A DNA stretch of 64,000 bases from a virus. Taxonomy: Duplodnaviria; Caudoviricetes. Made by a program: the position numbers and the translations under genes. A model generated the notes under the pieces. It was not told the origin of the DNA and did not search any database. It was given only the letters and a program-made list of their open reading frames with translations. Within the stretch, counting starts at the first letter, position 1. Each line of letters begins with the position of its first letter. This document shows, piece after piece, positions 25,147 through 40,100 of this stretch. The DNA lies in the IMG/VR virus record IMGVR_UViG_3300027705_000005, positions 36,536 through 100,535 of that record. One strand, given 5' to 3'.

Positions 25147-28100
25147 TTTTTATCTATTACTTTTTCTTGTTTTAATATTTTTTCAACTTGTTCAAAGTCT
25201 TGCAAATATACATCTAAAAACTCAGAAAACATAAAAGCAGCTTGTTGTTTTTGTTGTGGGGTTATTTGATTATTATTAAGTAATACTTCAGCATTAGCCA
25301 ATAAAGCATTTAATACTGTATTTTGCTTAACTCCAAATATATTAGCAATTAATTCTACAAGTTTATCTAAAATAGATTTGTTTCCTGTATATGGAATCTC
25401 TGCAATAGCATTTCTAAATTCTTCATTAGTAAAAGCGTAACTTATAATTTCATGTATAGAATCTGTTCTATACCCTTCTAGAGGATTTACACTTCTCGCA
25501 TATCTTGTTCTATTATTCCAATACTTATCAGAAGCTTCTTTTAATACTTTTCTAATGTTTTCAAGCTCGTTTAATGCTAATGATTCTTTTTCAGAAAGAC
25601 CTTTAGTATTAGTTTCAAAATAAGTTATTTTTCTAAAAGTAGCTGCATGAAGTAATTCATGCATTAACAATTCCTCTAAAGGAATATTTTTTTCACTTTT
25701 ATTTATTCTTATTGTATTATACTTATCTGAATAAACAGCACCAGAATTTGCTAAAATGAATTTATCTACATATTCTATTTTAATATTTTTTATTAGAGGT
25801 CTTATTTTTTCTAATAGTATTTTATTTGATTCTGATAAATTAATTTTATTTAATACTTCTTCCAAATTTGTAATAGAAGGTTTAGTATATTCAGAAACAT
25901 TAAATTTATTACCTATTGATAATTTGTTAAGTTTATCTTTTAATTCTGACAATTCTATATTAATAGAACCATCAAAATTATTTGTTCTAATATTTTGTAA
26001 TTCTTTAGTAATAATTAATTCATCTTTAATATAAAAATCGTCATCTATTGTATTATCAGACTTAACGAAAGCCAATTTTTTATTAAACCCTAAAGCTTCA
26101 TATACAGAATTAGCTAATTCGGGATTAGATTCAAATACAAAATCTATACCATCTGTTATTGTTTCATTTACTTTAATAGATTCAGATGTATTATTAAAAT
26201 CTAATTCTGTTTGTTCTGGAGTATTATTTTGTTGTACATAATAACCTGGTTTACTTTCAATTTGAGCAGAATTAAATATAGTTAATTTATCTGTAGGTCT
26301 TGTATAAGATGTATATAACATTCTAAATGCTTCTATTTGATCCCATTTATTATATGATACAGGATATACATAAGTATTTTTTAATGTTTGCCCTTGTATC
26401 TTATGTGCAGTCATAGCATAAGCATATTCAATAGGAATTATAACTTTATATTTACCATATTCAGCAGCCAACTCTTTATATTTAGGAGTTTTTGTTTCAC
26501 CATTTCTTTTCATTTCTCCAATAGCAGATCCAATAGAATGTAACTTAGCTTGTAGAATTTTATCTGCATTACTACCTCTAATTACCAATGGTATTCTTGC
26601 TGAAGCATCTTTACCTTGTTCATCAATATATGTAATATCTGACATTAAAACCTCTATATTTCCAATTGTTGTTTCACTTGGTTTAGAATTAATTGTTACA
26701 ATAGCACTATTGTTAATTTTGGTATCAAATCTATCTGCATATTTTTTATAAAACATTACTTTTTCATCTTTAACCAAAACATCATTTCCTTGCACAACAC
26801 TATTTCTAATAGTTTTATTAAAATCTTTGACTTCTTCATTAGTTCCAACAACTACAATAGTAGATAATGGATCTTTTTTAAAGTCTTTTATTGCTTCATT
26901 AATAAAATTATCTTTATTATTATCAAATCTAACTCCTATTTGTGTGCTTTGATTAAAATCAGTAAATCTATTAGATGTAATATTACTAAGATCAAATTGT
27001 TTAGTTTTATCATATTTATCTAATTCATTACCTAATATTGTAGCTAACCACAATATTGGATTATCTTTAGCTTGTCTTATAACTTCTGTTAATTCAGATG
27101 ATGTATTATTATCTTCTGTTAATTTAAATATTGTAGAAATACCAGATCCACCAATTGGTTGTATTTGTGCATTATCTCCCATATACAATATTTTAATATT
27201 AGAATACTTGTTTAAATATTGCATTTCATTAGGTCCAATCATTGAACCTTCATCAAATATTAATATTGTTTTTGGAGTATTAAATATTTTTGGATAAACA
27301 TTACTAAATGGATCTTGAATATATTTAATTGTTCCATTTGGTAAATACTCTGGTGTTAATCCAAACATTGAAGCAAAATTATATAATTCTACTTTTTCAA
27401 TCTTCTCTTTTTTAAAGTTCTTAGATAATACACTTAGTGCAGCATCAGATATTGTAGTTGCATAAATACCATATCCTTGTCTTTGAGCTTGTTTTATAAA
27501 CTCAGAAGACACAAATGTTTTACCTGAACCACCTCTTCCTTTTAAAAGAAATTCTTTATTATCAGAAGGTAACCATACATTTAAAGCTTTATCCAAAAAT
27601 TCCTGTTGCCCTGGATTTAAAGTTATATTATTTGATCCTGTCCAATCTGTTCCAAGACTATTGTCAATAGTTTGTTTGTTCTCAACAAATCCACTTGTAT
27701 TACCATTATTAAAGTAATCACTGTTTATTAAATTCATACTATTAGATAAAGTTTCAGCTAAGATACTATTATTATTGATAGTAATACCAAAAGTTTCTAA
27801 GAAAGAAGCTATAAGGTCATTAAATGCACTTACTAATCTATCTATGAATCCTTTACTATCAGTAGTATTAGTTATAATATTATTTAACCTTTCCTGGAAT
27901 TTATTATCAGACCAAGCCATAGTTATAAACTCATTATTGTTTAATAAACCATAATACTTAGCTTTCATCTCTCCAGTAATCTTACCTTTAATAGCAATGG
28001 ATTTATATAACTCTTTAGTTACTCTTTGGTATGTTTTCTTAGCTTGTTCTGCTTGTCTTTCATTCTTAATTGTGGGAATAATTAACTGCATAAACTCTTT

Positions 28101-31100
28101 AAACTCTTTCTTTTCATCAGCAGTTAAAGCATCAACAGCTTCTAATCTTATATTATGTAATCTTAATATAGCTGTTTTTTGTTTCTCAGTTAACTGATCA
28201 ACATTTAATGCTAACATTCCATCAATTAAAGGATGAAATAACTCATGTATTACTGTAGAAGTAAGATCATCTAATCCAGAAGAAGGATTTAATTTATTCT
28301 GATTATTAGGATTAATCTTAATAAGTTTAGAATTATGATTTACTTCACCTGCTCCATCTATTTTTTCATCTATTACAATCTTATAATCTGAATTATTATA
28401 TAATCCTTTTAATACTTTAGCTACTTCTACATGATTATTAGAACCAGTATTAATAATATTATTGATTACTTCTTGGATAGGCATTTGTTTTGTGCTTAAT
28501 CCAAGCTTATTTATAGCAGATATATCATTAGTAGACTTTTTATCTTTCTTATTATTCTTAGTAACAACTGAAGATAATAAATCTTCCGAAGAGTTCATTT
28601 CTTTAAATTCAAAAGAACCTAATGTTGGTATTGCTTTAAATGTATAATATCCTTTTTTCTCTTTAACTGTTTCATAAAGAACCTTATTTTCTATTTCATT
28701 TCCATATTCATCTTCAGTAACAATAGTATTATAAAAGAATTTAGGTACTTCTTTTTCTTCTCCAAATTCAGTAAATATAGGATTGGCTTTAGTTCTAAAA
28801 TAACTTGTTATTAATCTACTTATCTTACCTATCTTATCACCAACAGAAGTCATTTTAGTATCTTGTGTCAAAGCAATTGCCTTTTCTAATTTAATTGCAT
28901 TACTATCATCAGATTTATTAATTTCTTTTAATCCTTCTAATTGATTTACATAATATTTATGTGACTGTATTAAAGTTAATCCTTTACCAAAAGTCTTCAT
29001 TTTAGCAGCCATATCAGGTTTATTCTGTATGTACTGAGTAATAAACCTTTGGTACTGAATAGATCCATCTATAAGGTCTATATTAGCCTGGTTAAGATGT
29101 GGATTAACTAATTTACCAGTAATAATAGAAGCCGGCATGTACATCATAAAGTTATTAGCTGATTGTACAGGATTAGTAATAAAAGAATAAGTTATTAGAT
29201 CATTACCTAATTGTCTTACTTTTTCATCTTTACTGTTTAACATGTAAACTAAAGATTGAGTATTATTAGCTTCATCCACCCTTTGAGTTTTACCAGCAGC
29301 AAATCTTAATCTTCTATGATTATTGCTTTCATTACCTATTTGATCTACTACAATACCATTAAGTAAATAAGATCCTTCAAACTTAGATTGTTTGTATTCA
29401 GTAACCCTATCAAATATATTGTCTTCTCCTACAAATAATCTTTCTCTTTCTGCATTAACTGTGTTTTCATAAATATCATTATTGGCAAATATAAATGATT
29501 TATAATAATTAATTATTTCTCTGTATGCTTTTTCATCTAAAGGTTTACCTTCATTAGCAAAATAATCAGTAACAGTAGTTAATAAATGTTTATATGGAAA
29601 CATAGTTCCAAATACTTTATTAGAAAACTTAACTCCTTGTTCTATTGCATCACCATATTCTGTATTTTGTAGTTTACTTGTGTTATTCATATTAAACTCA
29701 AAATAACTAGAAGTATAATCTCCTTTAACTATTCTTTCATTATACATTCTTTCTTTAAGAAAAGAGTCAATAAATGATTTACCAATACCTCTGGTAGATG
29801 CATCAATAGATTTTTGAATACCAGCTAATAAACTACCTGCCTCATCTAAAGCAAAGAATCCTACTATGGAATTTAATTGCACTTTATTATAATTTAATAC
29901 TTCTTCTTTAGAAGCTGTATTAAGATTTAAATCTCTAGCTTCTTTTAATGCTGTTACAGAAGGTATTACTAACTGTCTAAGAGCAGCATCTTTATAAGAT
30001 TCATTATCTCCAGGACTTTCTAATTTAGCAGCTTTATATAATTCTTCAATTAATTTATCTTTTAATTTACTATCTTCATGTCTGCTATATCTTTCATTAA
30101 ACTGATTAAATTTTCTATTCTTTTCAGTAATATATCTTTTAATAACAGGTTGTGTCATTAATGCTACAGCATGATCATTAGCTACAGCACCTATTTCTGG
30201 TTTAGAAGATAGAGCTTTATTCTTGCTATCATCTCCCATCATTAATAATGCATTAATTGCATTAAATGTATCTTTATTAAAGTTAAGTGCACCTAATCTA
30301 CCATACTTGGCATTATCTACTGCTTCTGATTGTATGTTTTGAATGTTCTTATGTATTCTTCTGCCACCTCCATTATATTCAGAATAAGCATCTAATCCAA
30401 ATGTATTAAGATTAATTTTCTGACCAGATTTAAATTCAATTGGAATAGATAATCTATTATTTTTATAACCAATATTTAAACCTAAACCTTGTATCATAGC
30501 ATTTAAAACAATAGCATTAGCTTCAATAGCTACACCTTCTTTACCTGATCTGTTCTCTAAATAAGATTCTCTATTATATCTTGGACTTAATAATCCATCA
30601 GGTTGTTTATTTGTTTGAAGAGCTTGATGCTCATTAGCTAAATCTGTCATATCCAATGACTCAGCTATTCTTTCAAACATACCTAAGTTAGTTAAAGCTT
30701 CCCAGTGTATATCAAAATATTCATTCTGTAATGTTTTAATATTTTTTTCAATAACCAGATTATCTATTCTTTCTGTAACAGTATTTTGATATTCTGTATA
30801 TAAAGCTCTCTTTCTTTCAAGTAATGCTTTACCTCCATCATAATCATCTAATGTTGTTTTAGTATCTTTAAATTCATTTAGTTGTTCAATCAGTTCTGTT
30901 CTATCTTTCTCAAAACTCTTAATCTTACCTAAAAGATCTTGAATATTAGCATTATCTTCTTCAGTTAATTCTTCTCCCCAATACTCTTCAATTACAAGTT
31001 CTAATAATCTTATATTATCAGCAACATTATCTAATGACTCTCTTGTTGATAATATTTCTTTCTTATTATCTGTAATACCATACTCATTAATAAATGCACC

Positions 31101-34100
31101 TATCTCTTCTTTGATAGCATCTCTTTGAGTCTTATACTTTTTGTATTCTTCATACTTAATTCTTCCTTTAGCACTAGTTTCTTGGTTATACATTCTTAAT
31201 TTACCATTCTTTTCATCATAAGAATAGTTCCACATATAAGCATAAAGTTTATCAACATCAAAGTCACTACCCATTTGTACTACAATCTCTTGTGGTACAA
31301 CTATAACATTACCCATATATTCAGGTAAGAAACCTAATATTTGAATAGGTAACATAGAGTTAGGACCTTGCCCTGGTATTCTACCACCAATTAATCTCAA
31401 TAGTTCATTAGGTACTCTCTTAGGATCTAAATATGTATTACCTTCTTCATCTGTTGTAGTAAAATCTTTAGGATTAAGTTTATTACCTTTATTATCTAAA
31501 AACTGAAAAGGAACATATACACCAGCAGCATTTATTGCTTTTTCTCCTTTAGTAATAAAAGGTAAATCCTGGCTTAAAGAATGTCCTTTAACTAATACTA
31601 TATCATTCTTTTCTTTTTCAGTTAATCCTTCAATAGTTTTAATACCAGAAGAAGATGTTTGAACATATGAATGTCCATGTACTTTTTGTAATACAATCTT
31701 AGAAGCTATAGAAGCCATTAAGGATTCATATTTATTTGCAGCAGCAGTAAAGAAAGGAGGAACTACAAATTTACCATTTTCATCTAATGATAAATATTCT
31801 AAAGCATTATTGGTAAATCCTCTATCTTGAGCTTCTCTTTTTAAGATCTCTACAACTTTAGACATATCATTAAAGCTACCATCTACTTCATTAATATCAA
31901 ATTTCTTGATAAATTCTGCTTTAGCTTCAGCAAACATTTTCTTTTTAATATCTTCCTTTCTTACTCTTAGGTTAGGATCTAATTCATCAAATCCTTCAAG
32001 TAATAACTTATCCATCTGAGACATAATCCTTATCTGATTTTTAGTTTCATCATAAGGTATTTCTTGTTGGATATAAAATCCAGCTCTATCTAATTCTACT
32101 GGAACTATATTATTTAAACCTTCCTGGCTTACTTTACCATCTTTCCATACATTAGCTATATTAATAGCTCCACTCTTAACAGCAGAACTGTAAGCTACTC
32201 TATTAATAGGAGTTTCTCTTTTAATTCTTAATTCTTTACCATTCTTATCTACTTCTTTAGTAAAGAACATTGCTTCTTTAATCTTATTAATTTCTAAACC
32301 ATTAAATACTTGATGTATAATAGGCATAGAAGAAGATTTAATATATACTTCTGCTTGTAATGGATAGTTCATATTAATGTCATTAAATTTAACATTAGTT
32401 ACCTGAACTGGCTTATGCATACCCATTACAAACTTTAACTCACTATCTGTAAGTTCTGCTTCTTTAGGTACTGGTTCATTATCTTTTAATCTATCTTGTA
32501 TATAAGCTTTCTTTAATAATCTTTCATATAACTCATCATTTAATCTACTTTCTCCTTTAGCAAACATTACATGTAAATGCTCTTCAAAAGAAGTATATTC
32601 TAATGCATCAGCTATATCCATACCTTGATACATCTTGGCTAATCTTGGTATTGCCAGGATAGATTTATTAATACTATTCTTTATATTATTATTAATAGTA
32701 GCAAACTGATATGTTGGTTGTTGTGTATATTCCCATCTTTTAGTGTGTTCATTATACTGTTTAATATGGAAATTTGGTTTAGTACCAGCAGCTAAGTTTT
32801 TGGCATTTCTTTTAATAGTTTCTGTAATAGTAGCTTTAACTACTTGTGAAGTTTGTTCAGCAGTTAGATCATTTATTTTATTTGGTTTACCTTTATAAAA
32901 TGATGCAGGATCTCCTGCAATAGATTGATAAAATCCTAAAGCTATATTCTGAGAATAAGATACTGCTTCTCTAGCAGCTATTTGTAATACTGCTTCATCT
33001 GGAATTATATCTTCTGGTCCTTGAACAAATTGATTAAGTTTAGATAACCATTTGTTATCCATTCTATCTATGTCAATACCATTATCTTCCCAGAATTGTA
33101 ACTTAGCTTCTACTTCTTGATTATACTGATCAGCAGCTAATAAAGTAATAAATCCAAGATCATTTAATGGAATAGCAGAATCTACTACTTCTGAATCTAC
33201 ATCATAGTTATTGCTAATAACTGCCTCTACAAATTCATCAATATTTTTAATATCATTTTGTGAAGCTTTTGTACCTTCTTTAGTTGCAAGAAATAATAAA
33301 TGTGTTAAGTCTGGTTTATTTAAAACATCAGCATATGTTCTTGTAATACTAAATTGTTCAAATCCAACAGCATATCTATTATTATATTCTGCACCTAATC
33401 TAGATAATACTTCTTTTAATGCTTTAGGATTTTCTTGTTGCTCTGGAGTTAATAAACCTTGTAATATTTCTTTAATTTTTGATTTAGCAATCTGAATATT
33501 AGCTGAAGGTAATAAATAAAAGAATTTATATCCATTATCTAATTGTGTATTTCCCGTTTTATTTATTTCATCTTGTTCTCTTAATACATATTGTTTATAT
33601 GCATTAATTCTATTTATTTCTGACTGTACACCATTTACTAAAGCAATAGAATTATTAACTATATTAGATCTTGTAAATTCAATACTGTTTCTTAATTGAC
33701 TTATTTGTACTTGTAAATATCTTGTTTTATCAGAATTAGTAGGAGAACTTGCAGTTCTTTTTAGATTACCATTATTTTGTATTCCAGCTAATTCATTTAA
33801 TTCTATTTCTATCTCACTTAATTTCTTAGCTTCTTCAAAGTCACCAGAATCTTCATTCTTTATTGAATCTATTAATACAGCATTAAAATTAGGATCTCCT
33901 ATAAAAGAAGAGTCTTTACCAAAAGCAGATGTATTTGTATCATCAAGAGTTTTATTTCTGATATTAGCTACAGTAGTTGTTAACTGATCAAATATAGAAT
34001 ATAAGTTCTGCATGTTACCATTAGAACCCATAAAAGAATCAGAACTCTGATTACCTCTAATAGAAGATATAAACCTACCTAAATTAGATAAATAATTACC

Positions 34101-37100
34101 ACCAATAGAGAATGGATTATATAATGAGTAAGGAACATACATATCTCTCTTACCTTCAACTTTCATAGCTGTTCCCTTAGGAATATCCAGATTGTTAAAT
34201 AAAACTCCTATAACACCAGCTTTTGGATCAAATAATTCAGCTATTCCATAACCAAAATAATTCTCAGCTATTTTAGAATAATCTTTAGGATTATCTAAGA
34301 TCCACTGCATATCTTCTTCTTTTACATTAACCTTTAATTGATTAAGTAAAGAAGTTAATCTACCAGCAATTGTATCATCATTATTATTTAATTTATAATC
34401 TAAAGCTATATTCTCATAAGCTGATTTAATATCTGCTATCTTATTAGCATTAATTAAAAACTTATGATCTACATCTCCTATAACTAAATTATTATTTTTG
34501 TCATTAACAATATTAAAGAAATCTGATTCCCAGGTTTCTACCATTACCCTACCACCACTATTTCTATCAGCATCTATAAGATTAGCTGAATAAGTACCAT
34601 CTTTAGTATTCCATAATGCTATTTTAGCTGTAGCTTTATATAATTTAAGAACAGTCATAAACTCATTCTTAGCATTATTATCCCAAGTTATAATGTTATC
34701 AGCTATCTGATTTAACATTAATTTATTAGGATTAGATTTATCTCTTAATACTTTTATTGCTTCATCAAAAGTAAGATTAGGTTTATTAGATAATAATCTT
34801 TTAATTGTAATAAAAGCATTTTCTCCATCTACATATTCTGGTAATCCTAAAGTAGTATATTTAGGTACTATTTCTCTACCTGACTTCTGAACCATTTCAA
34901 TAGTAGATAATTTAGATTTTAATCTAAATGAAGCTCTATCATAATCATTCATTTCATAGATAGACTCATCATATCTTTCTCCTTGATGTCCTTGTTCTCC
35001 AGTAGAATCTATTATTTCTGCATCTTCTTGTTGTTCATTAAAAGTAGTTTTATTATTACTTTTAACCCTTAACCCAGAAGCTTGTAATTTAGAATGTATA
35101 AGATCTTTTATCTGATCTATGTATTGAGGCATATTTTTTAATGTCTCGGTTTGTGCATCTTCAATTAAATCTCCTAAGAAGTATTCTTCTACTTGGTTAA
35201 GTATTTTTTCAATAGATTGATTAGGATCAGCATTAAAGGCTTCTAATGCTATATGTGTACCATAAGTAACTAATTGTTCTTGATGATGCCAAGGAATAGC
35301 ATTACCTGAATCATTACTGACTAAAAATTTAGAAGACAAGGCATTAATATCATCAACATCTATTTTGATAGATTGTAATATATTATTATTATCTGTATTA
35401 GTTTTCTTAGGTGTAAACTTCTTTCTTGGTTTTTCTTCTATAGTACTATCTGGATCAGGAACATTTTTTGTTTGAGTGTTATTTAAAGCAAGTAATTCAT
35501 CATCATATTTAGCATTAATTTTATCTTCTAATTTACTAGTAACTTCTTCTGTTTTATAGGGAATTTTATTATCTATATTTAAATCTTCAAGAGCATCCCC
35601 AGCATTAGTATTACTTTCAGTAAAGACAAAAGATTTATTGCCTGCCCTATATGTAGTAGCTGTAATATCATTTCCGTTATTATCTATATAATACTCTTTT
35701 TTTACGGGAATACTTTTAGCTTTTTTATCTAATTCTGTTTTTAATTTTTCTTGTCTTCTGCTTTCTATATCTTCTACAGTAGAAATATCAGGTTTAACCT
35801 GACTTTCTGTATTTGAAATATTATTTTTAAGTTCAATTAGTTTTTCATTAATTCTTGTTACTGGACTTTTACTACCTTTTTCTTGAGTTGTATGATCTGA
35901 AAATATTAATATTTCTCTTTGTGATAAAGGTTGATTTAATGATACTTTATTAGCGATACTGTTAATAACATTATCAGATACAATACCAGCATCTACAAAA
36001 GCATTATATTGCTCATTAGATATTGGTTCAGATACATTTTCTACAGGTTGATCTTCTACTTCAACAGATTGTGGTTTAACATCAGTAGTTAATTGAGTAT
36101 TGATTTCAAATGTAGCTTGTTCATGAAAAATCCATCTATTTGTATAAGGATCTTTAACATATAATACATCTGTTTCTGTATCTTCAATTATTCTATTTTT
36201 ATTAACTTTAGGTGCTAAACCAATAGTACCATTATTATTAACAATAGTTATCTTAGTATTTTTATCTTTTACATTAAGTCTATAAGAAGTTCTTTGTGCA
36301 TTACCAATATAACTATCTATAATTGCTTTATCGGCATCAGATAATTTACCATCAATTAAATTATCAACAGTAATTAATTTAGTTTCTTGACCTTGTTTTT
36401 TAACAGCTATTTGTCTTTGTTTATTCTTACCAAATCCAACATCTAATTTATTAACTTTATTTTTAATGTCTTGTGCCCAAAAGTCATTCATTTGTGCTAA
36501 AACTTCCTTATCTGTTTTAACATTTTTACTAATATTACCTTCATTTAAAAAATCTTCAAGATATAGATATACTAATTCTTTATCAATTGGTTTTGCAATT
36601 AATTTAACATAAGTGAATTCTGGAGTTTTATTATCAGAACTTTTCATTGGTAATTTAAGAGTAGCTATTTGGTTTTTGTCCTTACCTACCATTACTATTT
36701 CCACATTAGTATCATCAATAAGTTTTTTAGTAGGGATAGGTGGTCCTACTCTTCTTGATACATCACCTGGTTTAACTTCAGTAACCTGACTTGAAGGGTT
36801 TTCAGTGTTTAATATATCTTTTCTAAAATCAAATAATTTAATTAATTGATCAGCAATCTTTTTAAAATCAGATTTTTCTGTACCTTCTTCATCACTTCTA
36901 ATTACTACTCTATTAAATGGTCTTGTATCAAAAGTATCTCCTAAGAATATTTTAATTCTATTTGCTATTTTAGTTTTAGATTCTCCATCCATAATAGCAT
37001 TAACAATCTCTTGTCCTTGTGGAGTAAGTATCATCCATCTATTACCTTCATCAGACTTAGATGGATCTGGAGTAGCAAATAGACCTCTTAAATCAGTATC

Positions 37101-40100
37101 TTCAGCATTTTCTGTAGACAATAAACTTGCTAATGTAGGAACATAAGATTTATTTTCAAATGTATTATCTCCTTCAAATATTATTCTTATTGGAGTATGA
37201 TCTATATTACCTATCTCTCCTTCTGTTTCAAGTGTAACATTAGTTCCAACTACATATTTATGTGATGATATAGGAGTAATTACTCTCTCATCAGATTTAT
37301 TTTTTAATGTACCATCATCAGATATTACATATTCTCTGCCTAATCTACTAACAGAAGCATGAGGATTAGTTAATTTATTCTTCTCTCTAAGTTTCTTTTC
37401 TTCTTCTCTAATATTTTGATTAGGAACTTCTGGTATTACTTCTGGTTCTGTTTCTACAATTGGATCTGTTACCACAGGAGTAGTATCAGTTTCTTCTTCA
37501 CCAAATACATCATTAATATTAACTAAACTAGCATCATCAAATTCTTCTGTTTCATCTTGGATAACTTGATTAGTAGGAGGAATAATATTTTCTTCAATTT
37601 GAATTTCCTTTAACTTTTCTTCTTCAATAATAATTTGAGGAATTTCTTCAATTATATTTTGTTCAGTTATTACAGGTTCAACAATATTGGTTATTGGAAT
37701 TTCAATATTTGGAATTGGAGAATTATCAATTGGAATATCATTTATTAATTCATCAATATATCTAAATTGATTGGTTAATGTAGTTAACTTATTTTGTAAT
37801 TCATCTAATCTTTTCTGTTCTTTATTTTTATTTTCCTCAAGAAATTCAAGATCATTTAAATGATCATATAAATTATTTTCTAATTTATTAAATTCATCAG
37901 TAACTTTATTATAATTTGTTACTTGGCTCTTATCTAGAGACTCATTAAGTAAACCAGATAGATCTTTAGATTTAAGATTATTAAATGATTTTTTAATGCT
38001 ATCAACATAAGATTTAATATATTTTATTGATTGAGATAAAGCATCATTTAATATTTTTATTAATTTATCAATAATAGATATCTTATTACTTATTTTATTT
38101 CTTCTATCAATTAATTTTTGAGTTGTTATTTTAGTAATTAAATTATCATTTAACAAACTATTATAATAATTAACTTGATTATTTAAATCTTTTCTAATAG
38201 TTCTTAATTGATAAGCATATTTCTTAAGTTCTTTTATTGAATCAAACAGTTCATTTAATGTTTTAAACTCAGCTCTAATATTTAATTTTAAATCTTCAGC
38301 TCTATTGATTGTGGATAATCCTTTTTTACTATTCTTTTTAGAATTAGAATTAACTATATTTAATAATGTTTGTATTTGCTTTTGAATTTTTTCTACTTCT
38401 ATTCCACTTAATTTAGTTTTAGAAGTCAATTGAGCAGATAAAGATTTAACAACTTTATTAATATCAGAAATATCAGATTGAACATTATTTTGTTCTTCCT
38501 TTAAAAGATCAATTTTATTCTGAATCAATACAGAAATATCATCATTCAATCTCTTTTGTTCTTGTTTAACAATAGGATCAATATCCCACTCTACTACTGG
38601 ACTTGGTAATGGATTAGAACTTCCTATAGCAGCTCCAATAGGATCTTGTAGATTTAAATAAGCATTATAATTATTTGGCGAACTATAATCTAATGCTCCA
38701 GGTTTTTCAGTCTTTTTAACTTCTGGTTCAGTAACAGTTAATGAATCTATATAAGTATCAAATTCTTCTTTAGTAGCATCTACAAAGATACCATCCATGT
38801 AATACTTCTGAAGTTCTTCAAAAGTTAATACTTTAGTTTTTTCACCAGTATTATAAGTAATTGTAGATGTTGGTTCTACTCCTTCTATTGTAGTTATATG
38901 TGCATAACTTATAGTACCATCTGGTTTACTACCACTAAAATAACCAATACCAGCTCTTGCTCTTTCAATAAAAGGAATAAACTTTTCTCTTAATTTATCT
39001 TGTTCTGCTTTTAAATCTGATTTTTCTTTAGCTGCTCTTATTCTTTCTATTCTATGTAAATTAGCATAGATAGATAACATCCTAACTTGTTCTAAAATGT
39101 CATCTTTACCAGCATCATTAATCCTGGATTTTGAATCTACTGAGTTGGTTATCTTATCTAAATCTTCAATTAACTTTTCTACTTTTTCATCTGTGATATT
39201 ATCTACATTCTTAGCTACAAAGTTATCTACTTTATCTTTCATGCTCCTATATTGAGCACTATTTAAATATTCTCTTTCTGTTAATGCTTCTTCTAATCTA
39301 TCTGTGTGATCTTTTAACTTAACTAATTCATCTGTTAAAGTAGGATCATTAATAAACTCTTTAGCTCTTGCTTGATTTCTTTTATTAGATTCTTCTAAAT
39401 CTGATTTGTCTTTTAATAAATTATCTAATTCTGTTTTCTCAGTAGGTTTAATTGTCTTTAACTTACTAAGTTCATTAATCCTTTCTTGTTTTTCAGTATC
39501 AAATTCTACTACAGGGACACCACCTTTAGTTTTAAGTAACACATCTATGTCACTAGTTATATCAGCATGATTAGGATTAACTGCTTTTTGTGCTGCATTG
39601 TAAGCTTCTATATTCTTAGATATTTTGGCTTTAGTTTCATTAACTTTTATAGTTCTTTTATCTACAGCAGTAGTTAATGTTTTTATATTTTCATTAACAA
39701 AGAATTTTCTTTTTCCTAATTGTGGATCATTATGTCTATTCCATTCATTTTCTATTTCTATTAGCTTAGTAGCTAATGATTGAGCTTTAACTTTAATCTC
39801 TGGAGTAATTTCAGTATCAATTAAATTAGATCCTTGTTTAGTACCATTTGCTATTTCTTCAATAGTAGATCTAAAGTTACTTAATGTACCTTTAGAAAGA
39901 TTATCCATAGCTGCCTTAACAAACATGTTTTCCTCTATTGCTTCTTTAGTTATATCATCTCCTTCAAAAACAGCTTGGTCATATGCTTGTTGAGCATCAA
40001 ATAAATTCTCAAATTTAGTTTTTAATATTTCATTATTATTCTTAACTTGATCTTGTTGGTTTTCATAATTTCCTTTTCTTGTATTAAGAATATCTCTTTT

